A stretch of 16,437 nucleotides of DNA. Source: an archaeon. Lineage in GTDB: Archaea > EX4484-52 > B79-G9. The position numbers and the translations under genes were made by a program. The notes under the pieces were generated by a model. The model had not been told where the DNA came from. It saw only the letters and a program-made list of their open reading frames with translations, and did no database searches. The stretch covers positions 1 to 16,437 of the forward strand of contig JBDRKP010000049.1 of NCBI GenBank assembly GCA_043813875.1, in the 5' to 3' direction. Of this stretch, positions 1 to 8,714 are shown one piece after another; positions within the stretch are counted from its first letter, which is position 1; each line of letters begins with the position of its first letter.

Positions 1-3000
1 ATCATTGATCGCATGAGCGGGTACAAGGGACAGATTATCTGAATCAGATAGCCACACATGTGTGGTGTTGTGATAAACGTATACTTCCCTTGTATAATTG
101 AAAGCAGGGAAATTCTCAGCAAACCACCAGTTTTCATGCTGTAGCTTTTCTATTAAATTCCTTACATAGCCGTGGTATGCTGTCGAATAAGTTGCATGGT
201 CTGGCGGCGGTGTCAGTACATATCCTATGCAGCCATCCTGATTGCATTCTTTTTCACCGCATATTCCGTCGCTGTTTTTGACTGCAAAGGTGTTTTCTCC
301 CTGGGAAGAGTTACCTATTGATACTATAATCCAGTTTTTATTGTCGAAATTGAATGTGTCATTGACAGCCAGACTATTCGTCAATTCGCAGGTCACATTG
401 CTGTTGCAATTTGTGTTGTAGGCAAGATGTGTTGAATTGGAAGCAAATGCAATGCCTGTCTGGGAATCCTGACACAATCCCTGCTGCCATTCTCCACGGG
501 CTGTCACGCAATATACTCCAAATGCGTCTGCATGATAAATACTGCCTGTCGTGACATTTACCTGGCCGTAGCAATATGTCACATTCGTGGTACTATTAAA
601 GAATGGACAATTCGGTTCCATCCAAAGTTGATTGTCACAGTTATCCCGGTCATTTCTTAGTTCCAGTTCTCTCTTGTTTGTGTCCTGATCATTGAACCCA
701 TTGAACCAAATCTCTTTTATGTTAGGGATTGAGACAATTATGCCTCTTGTCTCGAAAAAGATTGAAGACTGTTTTTTGTTTCCATTTATATCAACGATGT
801 CCATTTCCATATTATATTTGCCTTTACCCTGAAGAATCATTGAAAGGTTCGCTGTCAGTGTACACTCGTTGCCTGCGCAGTTGACGGTTGTTGAATTTAT
901 CGGTGGCTTTATGGCCCGCATGGTCTTCTCATCCCAGAATGTCCTGATTTTTGTTGTGTTTTCGGTTAAATTAACAGGATTTGGAGGGTCACTAAAGTCA
1001 TATGCCGTAATGTTTATTTCCACAACCTGTGTCGGAGAGAACGTCGTGAACCATTCTTCATCGCCGCCGTTGTGGGTCATATCAACCCGGAACTTAGATA
1101 CATCGAACCACATGTCTCCTATGTCTGAATCCCCGTCTGTTGTAGTTACTTTGATGTTGGTCATGTATTCTCCTGTCTTATTCACAAGCAAGGTCAGATT
1201 TATTACCTGTATCTCTTTTTTATCACCTTCGGGTCCTTCCCATGGCATTGTAACAAACTTCAGAGTTTTAGTATATGTGTAGTCGGTACCATATTTCAGG
1301 GTAATTGGAGGGCCGTTATACCTCATCATGCTCATGCTTTCAAGAGATATATCTGAAAGATTAAGTGGCTGCGGTCCGTTTTCGCCTTTGTTCTTCGGGT
1401 CAAATGCCATTACAGTGAAAAGGACATTATCTCCCACACCGTATGTGTTTCCTTTTTCCCAACCAGCAGTAAGAGTTCCTTCGTCATCCGCTTCTATAGT
1501 CATGACATCAACCCAGAAATTCCTTATCTCAAACCATGCCCATCCGAAGTAAGTGTCACTTGTCACAGGATCAGTAAGAACCAGATCAACATGGTACCAT
1601 CCAGTGGGTAGGTTCAGAGGATTGATTGTGAGATTTGCTGTGGAACTCCGTATGCTTGTTGCACTTACATTGTAATCTGTTTCCTTTTCCATCTTCTTCA
1701 TCAATTGTTCGTTCCATAGTTCGTCGACGTTGACTTCCAGGCCATCGCAGTCCGGCAGGCCGTCATTATCATTATCACTGCATGTGAGTCCGCTCTTACC
1801 TAAATCCATCATGCTCCCTTTTTCGATGTCAACGACATTGACAGTCAGGGTTATGGGCTCCCCGTGCGCTGTAATACACGCCTTTCCCGGCTCGCAACCC
1901 TGTGGATTGCCCCATATCATATACTTCTTAAGCATGAAGAACCCGTTGCCGACACCGTATTCCTCAACACCGCCGACTTTTGCCTTGAACTTGAACTTGA
2001 ACATGAAGAAGCCTTCTGCTTCAGGAGACATGAACGTAATGGTTCCATTTGCAGCAGCAGCATTAGGAACGTAACTTTCATCAGCAAACACATCCTCGAA
2101 CGCAGGCCAGACCTTGTACATCTCAATAATCTTCGCATCAGTTATATTCCCTGCCGGAACATCGGCCCTAGTAAGGAGGTCAGTAACCTTTATCTTGATC
2201 TTTATCGAGGAATTTGGCTCATAAAACCAGAAATCATCACCCTTGAAATCAACAGGGTTCGCCGCAGCATAAAGCTTCTGGAGCGAGAAAGTTGAAACCG
2301 CTTCCTTATCGCCTTGAGGATGCTTGAGTCTCACCATTGCCTTATAGACGCCGGCCTTATCGGGCGCCTCAAAAATAACCATGCACTGGCTTAACATTTC
2401 ATCCTCAGGGCCTTCATCATCTGAAACTGCGAGAAGTTCAACAGCGCTCGAAAGATTCATTATCTTAAGATTGATTAGAGAAAGATTAAGCTCCACCCCT
2501 TTTTCATCCGTCACACTGACAAGCTTCACCCTAGTCTCGCACTCATCAGCACCAGTGGACTTATTATCAATATCAATCAGCCCCATAGATTCGGGACCCG
2601 CTTCCATTATACTTCCTGAAGAGAAATCCGACAACATCACCATAATAGATACATTTGCCCCGGGCGCAAAAGAATCCACCATCGCCTCAGGTCCTTCAGC
2701 TTCTTCTATGAACAGCGGATTGATAGCCATAAGTTCCAGTTTCACTGACTCTGTCTCAAAGCCCGTCAAAAACTGCTGGGTATCTCCCCCGTACTGTGCA
2801 GCTATTGTCACCTTATATTTCCCGGTTGAAATCTCAGCACCCAGATCAACCTCTTTTACATAACCATTGGTATTATTATCAAAACTCAACGTGCCAAGGT
2901 TCACAGTGGTCCCGATCGGATTGACAATATGTGCCGACACAACAGCATTTTTTATAACAGCTCCACTAACATCCTTGACTCTAGCAACAACCTTGATCTT

Positions 3001-4023
3001 CGATTTCCCTGAGAAACTAAACATAGGATTGCCGGCAAGATCCGTCGTCTCACCCACCAGCCTGAACGATTCAACAGTGAATACTTCAGTTGGCTTATCA
3101 TTTATTTTTATAAAGTAAGCACCAACAATCGAAGGCGCAGTAAAGTTGACAGCGACATAGCCATCTGTATTTGTCTGGCTCGTCATCGAACTCACTTCTT
3201 TGTCATCCTTGTCAACCACTGAAACATTTACCTGTTTACCGGACACGAGATGCGTCTCATTTTTCACCCATATCAACAGGTCAACAGTATCAGAAGCAGA
3301 ATACGAAGCACCCTCTATAGACGGCGCAAGAAGAACCTTGTTGCCGGTCGAAAACTCAATCTCGGCTATAGTATAATTAACATCGATTGCTACATTCTCC
3401 CCGACATGCCTTGATTTCCATATATCTGAAAAAGTGCCATTATCATCTATATAGACCATATCATAGGTGCCATTCTCTTTCTCATCAACAAGGACAAAAG
3501 AATAATTCTTGCCATCACCCGTTAGATTAGAGATATTGCCATAATGCAAAACCCCTGAAATGGACTGATTAAATATTTCAGAAAAGTCACAGCCGTAATT
3601 ACTGACACCAGTCACCTCATATGTAGTGTTCACCAGTTTTACATCAGGACCGCTGATAATATGAGCATTAAAGGAAAGAAACTCTGAAAGAACACTAAAA
3701 CTGGAGCTGACTTCCGCGCTACCGTCACCTGCAGTAAAATAATAATCCCCTGGAGTGTAATTCCCTGTTATAGGAATCGAGAACGAAAAATAATTAGGAT
3801 CTTCACCTGTAGTATTCACAACAGAAGAACCCATAAGATCATCCGTTGAATTATAGACCTTAATTGTCACATTCACAACACCGGAATCGGCGATTCCGTC
3901 CCCGCCAAGAGAATCACCGGCAACGTAATCCATTTTCTCAGTGCTGACCATAAGAGCCATACTTTCAGGCACAAAAACACACAATAAAAAAACAGCAATA
4001 ACAAAAACTTTATCAAACCTCAT
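1..4023 (-). CDS. Giant secreted/surface glycoprotein with tandem macroglobulin(MG)-like/Ig-like beta-sandwich domains (3' end outside window, >1341 aa)
   Basis: Manual translation from ATG at 4023 (GAGGT upstream) stays open to base 1. N-terminus MRFDKVFVIAVFLLCVFVPESMA is a signal peptide. About eight units start with [YF]xxG[DE]xVxIxV-like strings and end with GxY...FxV. Many N-x-S/T sequons, a CSDNDNDGLPDC motif, and a Cys-rich distal part. Domain naming is from pattern resemblance, not a search. Confidence 0.85.
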   Translation of the reverse strand, partial: MRFDKVFVIAVFLLCVFVPESMALMVSTEKMDYVAGDSLGGDGIADSGVVNVTIKVYNSTDDLMGSSVVNTTGEDPNYFSFSIPITGNYTPGDYYFTAGDGSAEVSSSFSVLSEFLSFNAHIISGPDVKLVNTTYEVTGVSNYGCDFSEIFNQSISGVLHYGNISNLTGDGKNYSFVLVDEKENGTYDMVYIDDNGTFSDIWKSRHVGENVAIDVNYTIAEIEFSTGNKVLLAPSIEGASYSASDTVDLLIWVKNETHLVSGKQVNVSVVDKDDKEVSSMTSQTNTDGYVAVNFTAPSIVGAYFIKINDKPTEVFTVESFRLVGETTDLAGNPMFSFSGKSKIKVVARVKDVSGAVIKNAVVSAHIVNPIGTTVNLGTLSFDNNTNGYVKEVDLGAEISTGKYKVTIAAQYGGDTQQFLTGFETESVKLELMAINPLFIEEAEGPEAMVDSFAPGANVSIMVMLSDFSSGSIMEAGPESMGLIDIDNKSTGADECETRVKLVSVTDEKGVELNLSLINLKIMNLSSAVELLAVSDDEGPEDEMLSQCMVIFEAPDKAGVYKAMVRLKHPQGDKEAVSTFSLQKLYAAANPVDFKGDDFWFYEPNSSIKIKIKVTDLLTRADVPAGNITDAKIIEMYKVWPAFEDVFADESYVPNAAAANGTITFMSPEAEGFFMFKFKFKAKVGGVEEYGVGNGFFMLKKYMIWGNPQGCEPGKACITAHGEPITLTVNVVDIEKGSMMDLGKSGLTCSDNDNDGLPDCDGLEVNVDELWNEQLMKKMEKETDYNVSATSIRSSTANLTINPLNLPTGWYHVDLVLTDPVTSDTYFGWAWFEIRNFWVDVMTIEADDEGTLTAGWEKGNTYGVGDNVLFTVMAFDPKNKGENGPQPLNLSDISLESMSMMRYNGPPITLKYGTDYTYTKTLKFVTMPWEGPEGDKKEIQVINLTLLVNKTGEYMTNIKVTTTDGDSDIGDMWFDVSKFRVDMTHNGGDEEWFTTFSPTQVVEINITAYDFSDPPNPVNLTENTTKIRTFWDEKTMRAIKPPINSTTVNCAGNECTLTANLSMILQGKGKYNMEMDIVDINGNKKQSSIFFETRGIIVSIPNIKEIWFNGFNDQDTNKRELELRNDRDNCDNQLWMEPNCPFFNSTTNVTYCYGQVNVTTGSIYHADAFGVYCVTARGEWQQGLCQDSQTGIAFASNSTHLAYNTNCNSNVTCELTNSLAVNDTFNFDNKNWIIVSIGNSSQGENTFAVKNSDGICGEKECNQDGCIGYVLTPPPDHATYSTAYHGYVRNLIEKLQHENWWFAENFPAFNYTREVYVYHNTTHVWLSDSDNLSLVPAHAIND

Positions 4024-4132
4024 GACAACCAACCTCTTTCCCATTATCTCTCCAGCACATCGGCAATCATTCCACTAAAGAACCAAATAGCCGACTTAAA
4101 GCATATATTGCATACATAATTCAAAATCTGCG

Positions 4133-4156
4133 ATGTTTACGGTTAACTGTAAACAT
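4133..4156. promoter_or_regulatory. 24-bp near-perfect palindrome, candidate operator in the divergent promoter region
   Basis: ATGTTTACGGTT|AACTGTAAACAT, 11 of 12 positions complementary, lying between the divergent starts at 4023 and 4334. Confidence 0.4.
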
Positions 4157-4333
4157 ATAACCTAATTAGCACATAGAGCATATATATGTGTTTCGGAACC
4201 ACCACAAAGAAACAACATCAAAACAAGCATACAGGTAACAGATCCAATGCAGGCAGCAAGAAACACAATTGCAATTAGCACTTACATATTGATTTAATAA
4301 AATTATGCGCCATTATTATAGTTTACAAGGAGA

Positions 4334-5392
4334 GTGCCCACATTGAAATCCACAAGTTACGCTGATTCGGGAGTCGACATCAAAAAAGAGGAAAAGGCAG
4401 TAGAATCGATAATATCTGTCATCTCATCTACATTCTCAAACAGGGCTGGAAAGACGGGCGAAGTCAGATCATCCATCGGACATTTTGCGAACTTCATCGA
4501 GGTGGGCGACAGATACCTGGTACTGGCAACAGACGGGGTCGGAACGAAGGTTCTCATCGCCCAGATGGCAAAGAAGTTCGATACAGTCGGCATCGACATG
4601 ATTGCGATGAACGTGAATGACGTCATCTGCGTCGGAGCAGAGCCGATCGCATTAGTGGACTACCTGGCAGTCGAAAACATAGACAATGACATGGCAATCG
4701 ACCTCGCAAAAGGCATGAGGGACGGTGCTAACGATGCAGGGATAGCCATCATCGGCGGCGAGACAGCATCCCTGAAAGGTGTTATCACAGGTATTGATGG
4801 CATGGGCTTTGACCTTGCGGGAACTTGCCTTGGGGTTGTCGGGAAAGACAGGACAGTCCTCGGCGACAGGATACAGGCAGGCGACAAGGTCATCGGCATC
4901 GCATCATCGGGCCTTCACAGCAACGGGTTCTCGCTTGCAAGAAATGTCATGCTGAAAAAATATGGTATTTCTGATAAGCTGCCATGGGGCAAAAGCGTAA
5001 AAGATGAGCTTCTGACCCCGACAAAAATCTACGTCAAGCCGATCCTTGACATGTTATCAAAGCACTTTGATCAAGTCACAGGCCTGTGCCATATCACTGG
5101 AGGAGGCTTGCTGAACCTGAAGCGCCTGAATAAGAATATAGGTTTCAGCCTGACAGATTTGATAAATCCCCTGCCGATATTTACTGAAATAAAGAGGCTT
5201 GGCAACATAACTGATGAAGAGATGTATGAGACTTTCAACATGGGTATGGGATTCGTTGTCATCTCCAGGCCGAAAGCGGCAGACAGCATAATCGGTATGT
5301 TGAATAAATGGGGGCTCTCATGCAAAGTCGTGGGGGAAGTGACAGGAAATAAAGGCATAATCGATGTGCCAAAACTTAATTTAAAGTTATAA
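4334..5392 (+). CDS. purM: Phosphoribosylformylglycinamidine cyclo-ligase (AIR synthetase)
   Basis: Motifs YADSGVD, TDGVGTK, AMNVND, GGETA, SSGLHSNGFSLAR, ELLTPTKIY, HITGGG, EMYETFNMGMG; 352 aa. GTG start after AGGAG (TTG at 4343 is an alternative). Confidence 0.97.
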   Translation: MPTLKSTSYADSGVDIKKEEKAVESIISVISSTFSNRAGKTGEVRSSIGHFANFIEVGDRYLVLATDGVGTKVLIAQMAKKFDTVGIDMIAMNVNDVICVGAEPIALVDYLAVENIDNDMAIDLAKGMRDGANDAGIAIIGGETASLKGVITGIDGMGFDLAGTCLGVVGKDRTVLGDRIQAGDKVIGIASSGLHSNGFSLARNVMLKKYGISDKLPWGKSVKDELLTPTKIYVKPILDMLSKHFDQVTGLCHITGGGLLNLKRLNKNIGFSLTDLINPLPIFTEIKRLGNITDEEMYETFNMGMGFVVISRPKAADSIIGMLNKWGLSCKVVGEVTGNKGIIDVPKLNLKL

Positions 5393-5536
5393 AGTTATAA
5401 ACCGTTTTTTCTCCACCAAAAAGATATTTTTCATCACCCCATCCCTTGATAGCCATTCCAGCCAATGCCCTTCAGTTCGTCGTATCTCGTCAATCCTTGG
5501 AGCGTTATGTTTATATAAAGCCACTGAGATAAGCTC

Positions 5537-6106
5537 CTATCTCTTTCTTATTGCTCCAGCCTCGCGATACAGCGCAATTATCCTTTCTGCTTCTTCTTTC
5601 AGTTCTTCGTTATTGTTTTTTTTTGAGCATGGTTCGAAATCGGTTGAAGATAGCGTTGATATCGCACGCACGTAACCAGCCACTTCACTGCAAATATTTT
5701 CTAGATCTTCTACATCCTGTTGATTCCCTGATTTGCCTGAAGGGGACCCTCCAATCGAACCTATTTTTTGACTAACCAGCGCATCCAGCGCTACGACCGT
5801 TTCCATTGCGTATCTTACATCTTCTTGATTCAGATATTTTGTGTGACCTTCGCTGAATTTTCTCAGTTTATATGTGAACAGACAGCAATAGTCCTGAAGA
5901 TACGGCTTTTTTGAATTTAAAGAGTATTCTTCTGCCTGCTCATGATAGTATTTGTTAAGACCCTCAACACCCAGCTCCTCAAGCGGCAGAACCGGTACTT
6001 TTTTGCCGACAAGTTCAAAGCCATATTTAGCATTCCTGGCCAGTCCCTTTAGTATCTCCAGTTTTTCCTTGGGCGATCGTTTGGGTAACTTTATCATCTT
6101 TACCAT
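5537..6106 (-). CDS. Hypothetical protein, predicted alpha-helical and soluble
   Basis: 189-aa ORF with protein-like K/E/L-rich composition, filling the purM-guaA gap. No recognised motif. Confidence 0.65.
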   Translation of the reverse strand: MVKMIKLPKRSPKEKLEILKGLARNAKYGFELVGKKVPVLPLEELGVEGLNKYYHEQAEEYSLNSKKPYLQDYCCLFTYKLRKFSEGHTKYLNQEDVRYAMETVVALDALVSQKIGSIGGSPSGKSGNQQDVEDLENICSEVAGYVRAISTLSSTDFEPCSKKNNNEELKEEAERIIALYREAGAIRKR

Positions 6107-6495
6107 CCATCTATCGGCAGTAACATATGCTGTTCTTCAAGCCTTTATAGGAAGCTTTACGGCCATACCTGCATAGCCGTCTATGACTCTTATGCGGTCT
6201 TCCAAATCCTCAATGTTTGTGGTGTCTCGTCCTTTGAAATCCACAGGAAGTCCAACAGAGTACATTGGACAGATATTTTTATAAAGTATTTAGCAGGTTT
6301 TGTCCTTCTATCCCTTCTTTCAATTATAGATTGTCTATTTTCATCCCAGTCTGCCCTCCTGCAAACGCATTATTTTCTTCCATCATCCTCTTCATTTTGT
6401 CTTTCACGCTTTCGATTGCTTGTTCTTTGCATCATCAATTTAGCAGAGCCAACACTTGATGCTATTTTTTACGAAAAGGAAGTGTTACAATTCAG

Positions 6496-6526
6496 AGTTT
6501 ACTTTACACAGCAGTAAACTATATAA
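6496..6526 (+). promoter_or_regulatory. Putative guaA promoter: TATA-like box preceded by an 8-bp inverted repeat
   Basis: AGTTTACT-N9-AGTAAACT (6496-6520) abuts TATATAA (6520-6526), which starts 29 nt before the ATG. No SD motif, consistent with a leaderless archaeal transcript. Confidence 0.45.
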
Positions 6527-6548
6527 TATCAATTTCTAAAGAATTACT

Positions 6549-8078
6549 ATGAACACACAGATAATCGTAATGGATTTCGGCTCGCAATATGCTCATCTCA
6601 TATCTAGAAGAGTGCGCGACCTCGGTGTCTTTTCTGAAGTAGTCCCAAACGACCTCTCAGCAGGCGAGATCAAAAAGAATTATCCTGACATCAAAGGCAT
6701 AATCCTCTCAGGCGGCCCTGACGACGTCGTCAAAAAAGACGCCCCGCAATGCGACAAGTTGATATTCGATTCAGGCATACCTGTACTTGGCCTCTGCTAC
6801 GGCCATCACATAATCGGGCACTATCTCGGCGGAAAAGTCGGGCTTGGAAAAGGCAGGGAGTACGGCATAACCAAGCTCAACGTGATCAAAGAAGACAAAA
6901 TCCTCAGAGGCTTCGGCCAAACCGAAGAAGTCTGGATGAATCACGGCAACTCTGTCATCAAAACACCAAAAGGATTTGAGATTATCGCAAAGACAGACAA
7001 CTGCACGGCAGTCATAGCGGACACTGGAAAAAACATATACGGCGTCCAGTTCCATCCCGAAGTCACACACACACAAAAAGGAAAACAGCTGCTTAGCAAC
7101 TTCACATTCGACATATGTTCCGCAAAAAAAGACTGGAGCATGGAGCACTTCATCGAGAGAGAAATAGATAACATCAAGAAGCAGGTCGGAAACAGACGAG
7201 CAATAATCGGTCTTTCAGGCGGCGTCGATTCGTCGGTCGCGGCTGTTCTCATGAGCAAGGCGATAGGAAAGAACCTGATGGCAGTCTTCGTAGACACCGG
7301 CTTCATGCGCCTTGGCGAGCCTGAATTCATCAAAGAGACATTCGGGAAGTGGGACATGAAACTAAGGATGATTGATGCAAAGAAGAGATTCTATGCTGAA
7401 CTGAAAGGGGTAACAGACCCCGAACAGAAAAGAAAGATCATAGGCAGGTTATTCATAGAGACATTTGACAGGGCCGCAATAGATGAGAAGGCAGAAATCC
7501 TCGTCCAGGGCACGATATATCCCGACAGGATCGAGAGCGGGACAAGCAAGAACGCATCTGTCATAAAATCGCACCACAATGTCGGCGGCCTGCCAAAAGA
7601 GATGAAACTGGAACTATGCGAGCCGCTGCGCGATCTCTATAAAGACGAGGTAAGAGCTGTCGCAAAAAAGCTCAACCTCCCGGAAGAGCTTGCTTTGAGA
7701 CACCCTTTCCCGGGACCGGGACTGGCGATAAGGATAATCGGTGAATGCACAGAAAAAAATGTAAAGATTGTGCAGGCTGCTAATCACATAGTCCTCGATG
7801 AGCTGAAAAAAGCAGGCGAGTACGACAATGTCTGGCAGGCATTCGCAGTGGTCCTGCCAATAAAATCAGTAGGCGTACAGGGAGACGCAAGAAGCTACAA
7901 GCAGGTTGTCGCGATACGCTTCGTCAATTCGATAGATGCCATGAGCGCAAGCTTCTCAAAAGTCCCATATGAACTTCTGGAGAAGATATCGACGAGAATA
8001 ACCAACGAGATAAAAGAAGTGAACCGCGTAGTCTACGATATAACGAACAAGCCGCCTGGGACTATTGAATGGGAATAG
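6549..8078 (+). CDS. guaA: GMP synthase (glutamine-hydrolysing), fused GATase + ATP-pyrophosphatase
   Basis: DFGSQY, ILSGGP, catalytic triad in GLCYG and QFHPE, PP-loop SGGVDS, IKSHHNVGG, RHPFPGPGL, C-terminal KPPGTIEWE; 509 aa. Confidence 0.98.
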   Translation: MNTQIIVMDFGSQYAHLISRRVRDLGVFSEVVPNDLSAGEIKKNYPDIKGIILSGGPDDVVKKDAPQCDKLIFDSGIPVLGLCYGHHIIGHYLGGKVGLGKGREYGITKLNVIKEDKILRGFGQTEEVWMNHGNSVIKTPKGFEIIAKTDNCTAVIADTGKNIYGVQFHPEVTHTQKGKQLLSNFTFDICSAKKDWSMEHFIEREIDNIKKQVGNRRAIIGLSGGVDSSVAAVLMSKAIGKNLMAVFVDTGFMRLGEPEFIKETFGKWDMKLRMIDAKKRFYAELKGVTDPEQKRKIIGRLFIETFDRAAIDEKAEILVQGTIYPDRIESGTSKNASVIKSHHNVGGLPKEMKLELCEPLRDLYKDEVRAVAKKLNLPEELALRHPFPGPGLAIRIIGECTEKNVKIVQAANHIVLDELKKAGEYDNVWQAFAVVLPIKSVGVQGDARSYKQVVAIRFVNSIDAMSASFSKVPYELLEKISTRITNEIKEVNRVVYDITNKPPGTIEWE

Positions 8079-8080
8079 GA

Positions 8081-8284
8081 TTAGACATTATACATAGGAT
8101 AGGTTTCATGGGTTTTATGTACTGATTCTGAATTTGTTATTGGCTGTGCAAAGATATCCTCATACAGCGCCGCCAGACCATATCCCAGAAAAATACCACC
8201 TATGGCTGTTCCAAGACCTCCATATAGGAAACCCAGTAAGCCACCTAGTCCAGAACTTGCAGTTTTTCCAAATGTCAATACCAT
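8081..8284 (-). CDS. Small glycine-zipper membrane protein
   Basis: SSGLGGLLGFLYGGLGTAIGGIFLGYGLAALY has overlapping GxxxG motifs. I prefer ATG 8284 (67 aa) to TTG 8323 because a BRE/TATA-like GAAAGAAA-TTTAAAA has its TATA starting 28 nt upstream of it. Confidence 0.55.
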   Translation of the reverse strand: MVLTFGKTASSGLGGLLGFLYGGLGTAIGGIFLGYGLAALYEDIFAQPITNSESVHKTHETYPMYNV

Positions 8285-8372
8285 ACCTCTAATTAGTAAC
8301 AATACTTTTAAATTTCTTTCCAAGAGAAGCAGACTGTCAGATAAGCGAATTTACACGAAAAAATCAAGAAAA

Positions 8373-8714
8373 CTATTTGGCAACTGCGCCTTTGCTCTTG
8401 AAAACATCCATGAGCTTTGCCTGGATCTCGGTCAGCCGCGTCTTCAGGATCGACTCCTGCTTATCAAACGACTTCATGCGCACCTCAATCGTCTCTTTCT
8501 GGGAAGCGAGATCCTTTTTGACGTCATCTTTTTCTGACTTGATAAGAACCATGCCGGCTGCTTTGTATATGTCGCCCTTTGCGGTCTTCAGCTCTTCTTC
8601 TGCCTTGTCAATCTCAGCAAGTTGCAGCTTATATTGTTCCTTCTGCATCATAAGCATCTGCAACTGCTGGCTAAGCTGCTGGTACTGCATTGAAATATCA
8701 TTTTCCTGTGCCAT
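8373..8714 (-). CDS. pfdB: Prefoldin beta subunit
   Basis: Coiled coil - beta hairpin (IYKAAGMVLIK) - coiled coil; 113 aa from ATG 8714, preceded by GTGA. Canonical position after pcc1. Confidence 0.93.
   Translation of the reverse strand: MAQENDISMQYQQLSQQLQMLMMQKEQYKLQLAEIDKAEEELKTAKGDIYKAAGMVLIKSEKDDVKKDLASQKETIEVRMKSFDKQESILKTRLTEIQAKLMDVFKSKGAVAK

Noticed and set aside
250..261. CGEK in the giant protein resembling the A2M thioester motif CGEQ
   Set aside because: Lys replaces the required Gln, and the following sequence does not look like a helical thioester domain.
374..3118. Track ORFs on the plus strand and off-frame minus strand in this interval
   Set aside because: They are shadows of the 1-4023 minus-strand gene. 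The same applies to short ORFs overlapping purM, guaA, the superoperon and the right-hand surface gene, such as 8377-9006.
5382..5401. TAAAGTTA tandem duplication at the purM stop
   Set aside because: Only 2.5 copies of an AT-rich 8-mer with nothing between them. Simple slippage, not a target-site duplication.
6324..6431. Coding-like minus-strand fragment KEQAIESVKDKMKRMMEENNAFAGGQTGMKIDNL
   Set aside because: Short, bounded by stops and with no recognisable homology. It may be a gene remnant but cannot be supported.
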